A stretch of DNA of 64,000 bases from Ruditapes philippinarum (lineage: Eukaryota). The stretch is from assembly GCF_026571515.1 (NCBI RefSeq), contig NW_026857083.1, forward strand, positions 248,001 to 312,000. Direction: 5' to 3'. The notes under the pieces were generated by a model. That model saw only the letters and a program-made list of their open reading frames with translations. It was not told where the DNA came from and ran no database searches. Within the stretch, counting starts at the first letter, position 1. Each line of letters starts with the position of its first letter. The translations under genes and the position numbers were made by a program. Below are positions 28,101-37,812 of this stretch, piece after piece.

Positions 28101-28113
28101 TTTAGAGGAATAA
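4197..28113 (+). CDS. MCMDC2: Minichromosome maintenance domain-containing protein 2 (meiotic recombination factor), about 688 aa, 21 coding exons
   Basis: Hand-assembled exons: 4197-4325, 4629-4686, 5358-5416, 6020-6126, 7480-7584, 8481-8585, 9161-9228, 10006-10107, 10384-10481, 10994-11011, 11276-11345, 11759-11812, 12853-12932, 13580-13748, 14081-14170, 14544-14736, 15125-15287, 15869-16008, 27051-27160, 27496-27569, 28039-28113. Total 2067 nt, all GT-AG, phases consistent. Motifs YLDVSG, YTFKLLIDPSD, KYT..ARYYC..EDC, IRIHTPGASE, PPG...LKLAILLSLV, TEDFQQ, NYY..CRK and HAKLALRNEV follow vertebrate MCMDC2 as recalled. Confidence 0.95.
6716..7381 (+). mobile_element. Non-autonomous Helentron/HINE-type element with internal tandem repeats of about 165 bp
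   Basis: Starts TTTTTAGCTCGACTATT. Sub-terminal inverted copy AATAGTCGA near 7341, GGCGTC microsatellite-like linker, about 2.5 tandem units (gttaaagtttttgta at 6801, 6965, 7130), ends ..cagctcttatt. Confidence 0.8.
8132..8351 (+). mobile_element. 5'-truncated tRNA-derived SINE with 11-bp target-site duplication
   Basis: B-box GGTTCGAATC, conserved body (gaggaagctatccagc...gccatatgacctatactgtg), short (AAAC)-like tail. Flanked by AAAATGGACAC at 8121-8131 and 8352-8362. Further fragments at about 10790, 19780-19935, 31870-31950 and 43940-44110. Confidence 0.85.
11873..12737. mobile_element. Non-autonomous DNA transposon (hAT-like) with 14-bp TIRs and AAAAGTGCTTAAA sub-terminal repeats
   Basis: CAGGGTTCGTACAG ... 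CTGTACGAACCCTG perfect inverted termini and many aaaagtgcttaaa copies near both ends. TSD not preserved, so the superfamily is tentative. Confidence 0.75.
12956..13163. mobile_element. TTAA-type (piggyBac-like) MITE
   Basis: CCCTTTTCCTGCTG ... CAGCAGGGAAAGGG termini, right flank TTAA. A related copy lies at 59717-59925. Confidence 0.6.
16733..16805 (+). mobile_element. Solitary terminal fragment of a Tc1/pogo-like DNA element
   Basis: CAGTTGACCCTCTGTAACTCGAA start with an internal TTCGAG..AAC. No partner TIR found. Confidence 0.35.
16974..17225. repeat. Short tandem duplication (cataggtctaaagaatttttctgccat, twice) followed by a degenerate (CCATA)n microsatellite
   Basis: Directly visible repeats. 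Confidence 0.8.
17704..20694 (-). pseudogene. Nested antisense spliced gene remnant inside MCMDC2 intron 18
   Basis: Exon 20694-20651 (MSFEFTAAPKRNHN, donor aa|GTAAGT) joins in phase to acceptor TTTTCAG|18925 (KKHMCVSCGAVIGKFHSHAPKC...). A stop at 18757-18759 is followed by frameshifted coding-like blocks 18748-18545, 18581-18066 (171 aa, acidic and Ser-rich) and 17907-17704. Confidence 0.55.
20158..20485. mobile_element. TTAA-flanked Kolobok-like MITE with central palindrome
   Basis: TTAA|AGCTGCA ... ACTGCT|TTAA; internal TATTGCGTTA-C-TAACGCAATA. Same family as 39180-39515 and 58133-58480. Confidence 0.7.
23730..23915 (-). CDS. Small intronless ORF of unknown function (61 aa)
   Basis: GC-rich island in AT-rich DNA, ATG start, stop TAA overlapping AATAAA. 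No recognisable homology. Confidence 0.3.
   Translation of the reverse strand: MVKTWVQRQPMMSFSPFHQGEDGRRLSRAPRWRPVSKREGGNTSILRYRGELWLTPWFPCQ
24275..24442. promoter_or_regulatory. Cluster of CCAAT boxes (ATTGG) and octamer-like sites in a duplicated unit of about 50 bp
   Basis: Four ATTGG sites; two units of attggtt..atgataat..aatgtaaa..ttatgcaa; perfect ATGCAAAT at about 24433. Confidence 0.45.
24790..25160. mobile_element. Mutator-like (MULE/foldback-type) MITE with 9-bp TSD
   Basis: Termini GAGTGTAGGACAAAAGCCC ... GGGCTTTTGTCCGTTTCCC; tandem GGGAGGGCTTTTGTCC sub-terminal repeats; perfect flanking direct repeat GGTTAAAAC (24781-24789 and 25161-25169). Confidence 0.85.
25741..26400. mobile_element. 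MULE-like MITE (GGACAAAAGCCC family)
   Basis: Inverted arrays of GGACAAAAGCCCC / GGGGCTTTTGTCC. 9-bp GTATAACTT at 25732-25740 and 26401-26409; the right copy is offset 5 nt from the apparent terminus. Confidence 0.75.
26469..26938. mobile_element. Degenerate or composite MULE-like MITE (GGACAAAA family)
   Basis: Right terminus GGGCTTTTGTCTTACACTC. Internal segment (atggaaaacaaaaatattcatg...) shared with the 24790 copy. Left end uncertain. Confidence 0.6.
27590..27950. repeat. Degenerate tandem repeat in MCMDC2 intron 20
   Basis: Recurring atgtcacaaatt(t)g / gccataattactttttct motifs. Confidence 0.7.
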
Positions 28114-28194
28114 TCAAATTTCAGGATTTAAGGAATACAAAAAATATTGATTGAAGATTGGAGAAATAAATATATTCAAGAACTACTGGTAGAA

Positions 28195-28930
28195 TTAAAT
28201 TTTAGATTTGGGAATTAAAGATTTAAGGACTGCAGGAATAATTAGATTAAAGGATTCCAGAAAAAATGGATTCAAATGACATTATGAATAAATAGATTTA
28301 AGGACTTAAGAAATAAATGGATTTAAGGACCTCAAAAATAAATGGATTTAAGGACCTCAGAAATAAATACATGTAGATTTTAGGACTTCAGAAATAAATA
28401 GATTTAAGGACTTCAGAAATAAATGGATTTACTTAGGACCTCAGAAATAAATGGATTTAAGGACCTCAGAAATAAATGGATTTAAGGACTCCAGAAATAG
28501 ATTTGTGGACCTCAAAAATGTAAAGATCTATGGACTCCAACAATAAATAGATTAAAGGACTCAAGGTAAAAATAGATTTTAGGACTCAAATACTAAATTT
28601 ATTTTAGGACTTCAGGAATAAAATTATCTGAGGACTCCAGGGGAAAAGTTGAGGACTTCAGGTATATTTTAGGACTTCAGGGATAAATAGATTTTAGGAC
28701 TACATGAATACGTAGATTTGAGGAATCTAAGAATAAATAGATTGTAGGACTCAGAAGGAATATGTAGATATTAGATTTAGAATTGACAGGATTAAAGAAG
28801 GAAATAAATATGTGAAGACTGGAGTGATATTAGAATTAAATTTAAAGGATTGAGGAATATTTTTTTTCAAATTTGAAAAGTGGATATAATAAATTTGAGG
28901 GCTCCAGAAATAGATTGATTTGAGGTCTAA
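28195..28930 (+). repeat. Degenerate minisatellite of about 25 bp (gatttaaggacctcagaaataaatg) right after the MCMDC2 stop
   Basis: Most homogeneous at 28290-28500 and decaying outward. Confidence 0.8.
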
Positions 28931-29488
28931 AAATATGAAATAAATTGAATATTATCTTATACATGTAGTAAATTTGAAAGATTTGATTATTTAAAGAATG
29001 AAAGAAAATGTCAATATTAGGATTTTTGTGGGAGGAATTTACAATTATAATTATTTTTTAAGTTTATTATATTGTTCATCATTAATTTATGAAAAGTTTG
29101 ACTAAGCTGATATAAGTACAGTTGCACCGGTGTATTTAAAATATCATAGAGTCAACAAACTTTTGTATCTTGTCCTAAAACAGAATTATATAGTGATTTT
29201 TTTATTAGTACCTTTGAATAAGTGGGACAATTATGTTACTCTATCATAGTTGCTATATGCACATGTACATAATAAGTATGGTAAATATTAAGTAATTGTT
29301 TAAAATAAAATGTAAATATATCATTTTATGTAGACTTGGACTGTTTTAATTTTTGAATATAGAATTTGAAGCAAATTGCCAAAGTGTGACATTTTACTTT
29401 TAAACTGTGATAAAGTTTAGATATCTTGTTGTGAAAATAAATTTATATGGAATTAGAATTTCAAGTGTATGTTATCTTATTTCTCTCC

Positions 29489-31533
29489 TTTTTAGCTCAC
29501 CTGAGCATATGCTCAGGGTGCGCTATATAAGGATCACTCTTCGTCTGTCGTACATCGTCCGTTGTCCGTTCACACTTTTAAAACGACATCTCCTCTGAAA
29601 CCATAAGGCAGATCATAATGAAACTTCACAGGGATGTTCCTTTCACCTTTCTAAAAATGACAAGGTGGACAAAAGCCCCTCCATGAAATTTACACATAGG
29701 ACAAAAGCCCCCCCCCCCCCATAAAAAAGTAAAGGTAGGACAAAAGCCCCCCCCCCCCCCCATGGTCAATCAAATTTACATATAGTGTATTAAAGTTGTG
29801 TTTTTTATGTGTTTAAAAGATATGTATGGACATCACATGTAGGTGACATAAAGCTAAGGATATTAATTTGATCCCTTTACAAATTTACAAAAGTGATTAA
29901 ACATTACTACTCTTCTGACCCTTGTTGTGTACATGAAAAGCTATGAATTCAGTATCGCATGCATGCATTATTTCATCTGTTATTATATACTTTGTTATCA
30001 CTTCAATATATACATTATAAATAAACATTAAAACAAATTCTTTTCATTTTTATTTAGAAGTTTGTGTGAAATTTGATGAATTTGAGCACCTGTGCATGTT
30101 GAAAAAGATGGGGGGGGGGGGGGCTTTTGTCCTACCTGTATTTTTGATGGTGGGGGGGGGGCTTTTGTCCTATGTGTAAATTTCATGGGGGGGCTTTTGT
30201 CCACCTTGTCATTTTTAGATGGGGGGGCTTTCGTCCGGGGGGGGGGGGGGGGGGCTTTTGTCCTACACTCAGATTTTAGATATTTGGCATAAAACATCTT
30301 CTAGTGAGTGTCTACCAAGTTTATTCAAACAAAATCCCTGGGGTCAAAATTGGCTCCGCCCCAGGGGGTCATTGATTTTCCCTATATGCATATAGTAAAC
30401 GCTTAAAAAATCTTCTTTTAAAGAACCCAAAGAGCTTAAGCTAAGATATTCAGCATGAAACATCTTCTAATGAGTGTATACCAAGTTTGTTCAAATAAAA
30501 GACCTCAGGTCAAAATTGGCCCCGCCCCAGGGGGTCATTGATTTTCCCTATATGCATATAGTAAAAACTTTAAAAATCTTCTTTTAAAGAACTCAAAGAG
30601 CTAGAGCTAAGATATTTAGCATGAAACATGTTCAAATGGGTGTCTACCAAGTTTGTTCAAATAAAAGCCCTGGGGTCAAAATTGGCCCCGCCCCAGGGGG
30701 GTCATTGATTTTCCCTAGTATATGCATATAGTAAAAACTTAAAATATCTTCTTTTAAAGAACTCAAATAGCTAGAGCTAAGATATTTAGCATGAAACATG
30801 TTTTAATGGGTTTCTACCAAGTTTGTTCAAATAAAAGCCCTAGGGTCAAAATTGGCCCCGCCCGGTCATTGATTTTCCTTATATGTGTATAGCAAAAACT
30901 TAAAAAATCTTCTTTGAAAAAACCCAAATAGCTAGAGTTTAGATATTAAGCATGAAACATGTTCTAGTGAGAGTCTACAAAGTTTGTTCAAATAAAAGCC
31001 CTTGGGTCAAAATTGGCCCCACCCCGGTGGTCATTGATTTTCCTGATATGTGTATAGCAAAAACTTAAAAATCTTCTTTGAAAAAAAACCAAATAGCTAG
31101 AGTTTAGATATTAAGCATGAAACATCTTCTAGTAAGTGTTGACAAAGTTTGTTCAAATAAAAGCCCTGGGGTAAAAACTGGCAGCCATGCCCCAGGGGTG
31201 TCATTGTTTTTAACTGTATGTGTATAGTAAAAACTTTAAAAATCTTTTTTTAAAAAACCCAATGAGCTTAGATGTTTAGCATGAAACATCTTCTATGGGT
31301 GTCTACCAAGTTTGTTCAAATAAAAGCCCTCGGGGGTGAAAATTGGCCCTGCGGGGGGGGGGAGAAATCATTGTTTTTCATTATATGTGTGTAGTAACAA
31401 CTTAACATAGTAAACATCTTCTAATGAGTGTCTTCCAAGTTTGTTCAAATAAAAGCCCTGGGGTTTAAACTGGCCCTGCTCCTGGGGCCTATATACAGGT
31501 GAGCGACCTCAGGGCCATCATGGCCCTCTTGTT
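29489..31533 (+). mobile_element. HINE/Helentron-type element with about 7 tandem repeats of about 165 bp, interrupted by a MULE-like MITE
   Basis: 5' TTTTTAGCTCACCTGAGC, (CGTC)-like linker, sub-TIR CAGGTGAGC at about 31496, 3' hairpin AGGGCCATCATGGCCCT then CTTGTT. Repeats carry ggtcaaaattggccccg. Confidence 0.85.
29645..30270. mobile_element. MULE-like MITE nested inside the HINE element
   Basis: GGACAAAAGCCC(C)n array on the left and (G)nGCTTTTGTCC array ending GTCCTACACTC on the right. Left terminus truncated. Confidence 0.75.
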
Positions 31534-33881
31534 TAATGATATAGGTTGTGTATCTAAACTGTTATAAAATCATTGATTGGTCTATTTTCAGCTTGACTTT
31601 TTTGAAGGAATGATTCAAGTTATTACTACAGCCATGTTGCCGTTGCTATCACTGCCTATCCACAAACTATAACATTCGTCATAATTTTTATATTTCTTAA
31701 TGGATTGTCCTCACACTTGGACATGTCATTTCTTTAGACAAGACTTTAAGGTAGACCAAATGGACCTTCAGGAAGCAGTCAGTACCTCTATTCAAGTTGT
31801 TCAGGTCACTGCCCCAGACTGCAGATTGTTAGAATTTTGTCTGACCTTTTGCATGTAAAAACATATTGTACAGTGGCTGCTCCTCCCTGAAATTTTCATT
31901 AAGAGGAACATGAGGTCTTCTTCCTCCACCATATAGGCTAGACAGTTGTTTTATACGCAACAACTTATTTCAAATATTCCCTATTACAGACCATGTATTT
32001 GATGATAAAACGTCTGTGACCCAGTTCAACGAAATATGCAATGTTTACGTTGATAATACAGCGTTCATGGCTCTATTAATTAACGTTGCAGAACACCAGT
32101 TACACCAGTGACTGAGCGATTCTTGTGCAATAAGTGTTGTTTACAAAAATGCCACCAAAAGCAAGAATCAATTCATCAAAGTATAAGATTTTGTCCACAA
32201 ACAGGAAAACGATGAAAACAAAACGCACGCGCGCACACACGCACAGACACGCGCGCGCGTCCAGGTAGTGGTAGGGCTAGAATTTTAAAGAAGTTGTGTA
32301 AATTTTCTGTACAATTTGCCACTCGTAAATGACTTCAGGCGACTGTAACTAAACATGACAGTTTGATTGATGACTTCGTCGTAGCAAATCCTCATCTGAC
32401 TAAATTGCGCACTCATAATAATAGACTTCAATTTATATAAATGTTGGTTTTGTCTTGATTACGACCACGATTTTTGTTTGCCACTACATAAATTACAAGT
32501 ATTTAAATACAACAACATGATCATTCAGAGCCCTAATATGTATTAAAAACAACAGCATGATTATTCAAATAAAAAACAATAACATGGTATTTCAAAGCCC
32601 ACCAATGAGCTATCCATTTGTCTAATCCCGTTGCAGGTTGTTTCATTCATTAGTCTCGAAGCTCCCATTTATGGCACTATAAGGCGCATTGTGATAGACT
32701 AAGAAAAAAGGCCAACAGGACCCCGCGTGTCATACAAGATACAAAATACAGGAAGCTTTATTTTAAATAGGTTTACAAATAATAAGAAATACATGTATAA
32801 CTAATACATTGTAAGCTATTTACCGATAAAAACAAAGACCATTTATTAAAATAAAACAAATCTGAATAAAACGAACAACATTTAGTGCTATTTGCTAAGA
32901 CATGAATAAAAAGTATTGAAATTTAAGAAAAAATATACTATGAGATAACATAAAAAATACATGTACAGTACATGTACATACTTTAGTGGGCTAACAGCTT
33001 AGACGTAACAAAATACTAAGCATAAAAGCTTGACAATTTAATAATAGTATAAAACATGTACATGTTGCAAATGTGAAATAATTTAATGTTAGTTAACACC
33101 TGGAATACGAGTATATTACTGAAAATTTACTAAATTATTTTAATTACTTCATAAACAGTAGCACTGGTCATGGGCTTTAGCCATGCGGCGATTTGTTCCG
33201 TCTTTAAATAAACTCGACTTCTTGTCGGGGAAAAAAATCATATTCCTAAACCTATACCATGAAGTTACAATTGCATGGCTCCGATTTTGTTGGGGATTGG
33301 CTAATGCAATAGTTTGGAGGCTCCCCTTAACGACAATATAAAGCACAACGACAATATAAAGCACATGACTCTGGCGTGACATTGATGTTGGCCGGTGCGG
33401 CAATTATTCGCATTTTCGTTAAAACACTATTTTCAGAAGCCCACTGTGATGTTACAGTTGGCCCGGTTTCGTTGCGAATTAACTTAAGCAATAGCTATGA
33501 GATTTCCCAATATAGTATCATAAAGCTGTTTTTAATTCTGTTCAGAAGTTGTAATTATTTCATGTTGAAACTGTACAAAGAGACGAAATAAAGAACAGAT
33601 AAAACATGCAGATTTTCTGTAAAATACATATCTATTGATTGTGTTTAATCAGTAATGTCATATAACGACTTTCTGTACATAGCTTTACTGGTTGACGAAT
33701 ACCTCGGGTGCTACGTGCATTAATTAAGGCAGTAGAATCACCGACCTCATATGAAATATCAAAAGTTCCTGGTGGGATTCGAACTCACAGTAGTAAGGGG
33801 CAAGCGGGTTGAAGACTTCTTTATTCAGTGCAAAATGCAGTGTTTTGTGTTTTTCAATGATAATCTATGTTTAAGTAATCT

Positions 33882-35543
33882 TTAATTATATAAAATGCGT
33901 CCCGGCACAACCTGTATTATATTTATTTTCTCTAATGAGTTTACCCAACGATCGAAGTCATACATTTTTGAATGATGATTATGGTGTACTGTAAACGTAT
34001 ATTTTCGATTTTCCCTTACGGTCCTACGGCGTTCATATTCCGCGCATGCGTGTTTAATCTGGCCCGGCATTTGCTCTATTTCGTCAAATTTCCAACACTT
34101 ATTCAATTTTCCATCATTAACATAAATGGGATCCACGCTGTCATAAAAGTACTGAGAGTTTGGAATATAAACGGCGTCAATGTCGTCCTCCTTGCGTGTA
34201 CCTTGATAAAAATTAGGCGTGTTACTAGGATGATTCGTGTCGTGGTTTGTCACATTTTCAAACGTAAGTCCATTGTATGCAATATAAGTCTCCATAACAT
34301 AACTTGCTCCACTAATTTGATCAGGGTCACGTTCCGTTGTTGGGGCCGCTGGCAGTAGATTTGAGAGCAAAAGTTTAAAGAATGGATGCTTAGGTCGGCA
34401 AAGCATTATATCCGTAGTCAGCTGTGGAGGTGGTTGATAGTCGTCTAAAGATAAAAATAAATCGTCTTTAAGTGAATGAATCATTACCCATTCTTCGTAG
34501 GGTTTCATGGGTATCATACAAGCGTATTTATATGTAGCTATATCCAGTGGGCGTATATTTTCCATATCAAAGTCCGTGTAAACTCCACCGAACTCGTAGA
34601 GAACCGCGTATTTTATCATATCAAAATGAGTTGCATCACACTTTTTAAATAGGTCGAATGCAGGTAATATGTAAGAAAATCGGTCTTTAATGAGTTTTCG
34701 TCCGGATTCATACGTCCAGAATCGGTACTGCCATTTTGGATTTTGATTAATGAATGTTTCTATAAAGCCTCGATATGGTTCTGGAATATTCTCGTCACAC
34801 CATATCTGATGGATGATGTGAGGTATACGAGGCTCGCGAGCGTCTGTTGAGGGAAACTCCATCTCGTCTGCCGGTTGCATTGGAACATACTTCAACAAGA
34901 TTCTTTCCATCTCCGACATGTGCTTTTCTTTGTATGAATCAAGTTCAGTCACTTTGCTTTGCTTCCTGGAAATGTTTTGACCTTCTGCTTTCGACAATGA
35001 GTCTCCTTTGATCATGTTATTTGTAAGATTTCTCGGGAAGATTTCTGCCTTATCTCCCTGTAGTGTATCGTCTAGCTGATGTATAGCTGAAATAAATGTA
35101 TTGTTAGATTTCCAACGCATTGACACAAGTTTATCCACTGTTATTTCTCATTTAGACACATACAAATGTACTTATTTATTATTTTTAACAAATACGAAAA
35201 CAAAATTGACATGGCAGAGAAAATTTAACAGAACTCAGTCCTCGGGAAAATACAGTCATACAGGACCATTGGAAAGGCACTCAGTTGGGCACCACCGAAC
35301 AAAGAGCAGCAGACGAAAAGAGCGAAGCAATTTAAGGATAGCAAAACAAGACTTTCAGTAAATGATTCACCCTCAAACATTTATCTTTTATTACTGAAAA
35401 TGTGTAGAGAAAAGTTTTAAAGAAGGTAATATTGTTGTAACCTTACCTTTAATTTCAAGAACTTGCTGATACCAATACAGAAACATCAGTCCAAGAGGAA
35501 AACATGCGCATGTCCACAGTGCAGTTCTTTTAAAAGACGCCAT
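33882..35543 (-). CDS. GT32-like (Gly_transf_sug, DxD) type-II membrane glycosyltransferase, copy 1, about 433 aa
   Basis: Exon 35543-35447 (MASFKRTALWTCACFPLGLMFLYWYQQVLEIK, TM anchor, phase 1) joined to exon 35086-33882. Motifs RIPHIIHQIW, NPKWQYRFW, YAVLYEFGGVYTDFD, PKHPFF. Confidence 0.85.
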
Positions 35544-36223
35544 TGTATATTGGCGTTTCAGTTCCGCTTAAAGCCTGAAAAAAGAATAATAATATTATCG
35601 GCTAACAATTTAATGTTAGATCTAAATAAAACATTTTCAATAAAGTATAGAAATTAAAATTATTTTCCGGGTTTACGTACATAATTGTGACTTTTGCCTC
35701 AAATTAACCGCATACATTTATAGCTACGACAAATATTGAAATAAGTAGTCAAATTATTGATGTACATTATTCGCGCCACACATCTTCTTTACCTTTTCTA
35801 CGAAATGGAGGGCCTGATTTTATAGGCCTTAATATCGAAAAAAATGACGTCTTATTCAAAGGAAAAGCGAAATTTTAAACATTCAGACTTCAGGCTGAAT
35901 GTTGACATAACATGTTTAATAGTCACTTATAAAAACAAGAAAAAAGACAGAAAACAAACTAGTAAAGGACTCTTCGTTTTAATCTGAGAAAATTGTCGCC
36001 TGCTAAATGCCGTCTGCTTAATTTTCAAAGCTAAATTTTTGCGAAATAAACAAAAATAAGGGTGAAAATCCCACATGATTTTTGCTAAAGACCAGTAAGA
36101 TTTTAATAATAATCATAATATATTCTGTTTTCTCACTTAAGTGCTCAAGAGGAATATTTTGTGATCATACGGTCCTTATTGTCAATACAAACCATATTTT
36201 TATCTTTTTGCGTGATGCTACAT

Positions 36224-36362
36224 CACACCGTATTGCGGGCGCCAGTGATGGCAGATCACTGCAGTGATGGCAGATAGCTGAAATTTACCGCTCGGTACAG
36301 GTAGGTTATACATTTGGTCACTGCAGTGATCTGCCATCACTTGTGCCGGTAGTACGGCGTGC
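36224..36362. mobile_element. Short palindromic MITE-like element
   Basis: accgta....agtgatggcagatcactgcagtga versus tcactgcagtgatctgccatcact....tacgg inverted arms. Confidence 0.6.
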
Positions 36363-37812
36363 ACATGACCTAAAACTTTGATAAATGACATATAGTTCTG
36401 TCAATTATCTTTTAAGACACACGCACATAAACACATGTATACTCATTTCATACCTCTTGGTAGTCTCCACTATTGGAATTAAATGTATGTCATCTATGTA
36501 CTTTACATGGCAGCAACATCTGGCGGTCTTTTGTACAAAAATATTTTTATACATGTATATCTTGTCTCATACATAGACTAATTACTAATGCCAGTTTCCT
36601 TCCCTGACATTATACCCATGGACTAAGATAGCTGACATGTCAAAAAAATGTCAAAATAAGCAAAAATAGGAACTCAGTAGAAATTTGGTGATATTCTGCA
36701 CAATCTGTAATTAATCGCACATAACATCTAAATTATGACTTGGTTTAAATATATTTATTCAAAATATGACTTGAATCTTCTATATTTTTTACTTTTCCTA
36801 AAAATCTTAGTACAATTTTCTCAAGTTTGATTTTCATAAAATATTTTGGCTTTTTTTAGGCAGCTCTTATGTTTTATTGAATTAATGATGATAGATCTTG
36901 CTTGATTTATTGCACGATAAAACTTCATAATCATCATTATCATCATTTTCTTCTTCTCTTCCACCTTATTCTTCTTATTCTTCCATATTTTGCAAATACA
37001 AATTTCCTGTACTTTTTGTTATTCATAATGTCTGAAATTCACCAATCATATTAGACACCAGACCATTTATTGTTTTCCATTCTTGCTCGTGATATAAAAA
37101 AAAATTTGGTTTCTTTAAAGGGCCACATATTATATTTCAATTTATTATTGTGTGATGTATCCAATTTATATTTGAACAGGACTCATTGTTATAAGAAACT
37201 TCTTTTTACATAGATCTTCATGTTTATGAATTAATTTCTTGATTTTCTGTGTAATTATCAGTTAATGAGGCGTTTTCTTAGGAGACCGTGAACATAAGTT
37301 TTAACAAATTTGGAATTTTGGTATTTGCACAATTTGAGCTTTAAGCTTCTTTTTGGTTTTTGGTTTTGTATATTCTTTGAAGTTATGTCATACAAACATA
37401 AAAAAGATCATATGTCGATTTTCAAGCTTTATTGGTAAAACATTTCCGGAAGTTTGCTGGATTGCTTTTTCAAACCAGGTTTTTAAATGATAATAAAGAC
37501 TTTAATTAACAAGAGAACGCATTTGAACAACATATCAATATTCCATGAGACCCTTATATTTTTTTATTATCTTTTTTCCCGAAAGCTTATAATAAGGAAA
37601 TACATGTTTTTCAAATGGTATAGGAGGAAAATAAAATCTAGACCGTCTATTATATTTTTTTATATATTTTTTTTGCTCCATGCAGATTATGAATGTATAT
37701 TGTTTGGCACTCTTCAACTATGTGCTCTGGGAACAAAACTGCCAAACTTCACGTACGACATACAACCATATGTTTGCTTATTATTATGAAAAGACAATAA
37801 ACTGCATAAGTA

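Noticed and set aside
24909-30297. ORFs with GRAFVR / GGLLS / TKAPP repeats
   Set aside because: Translations of MITE sub-terminal GGGCTTTTGTCC repeats.
33740-33815. tRNA-like sequence (also about 8135 and 15675)
   Set aside because: Only the B-box-like head of SINEs; no complete cloverleaf.
35087-35138. ORF-track N-termini of the GT ORFs (also 39066-39078 and 40628-40738)
   Set aside because: These run into introns, UTR or a MITE; the true N-termini come from the upstream TM exons via phase-1 splicing.
35370-35393. Possible extra mini-exon in GT copy 1
   Set aside because: Would need a 53-nt intron and is unnecessary, because direct splicing from 35447 to 35086 is already in frame.
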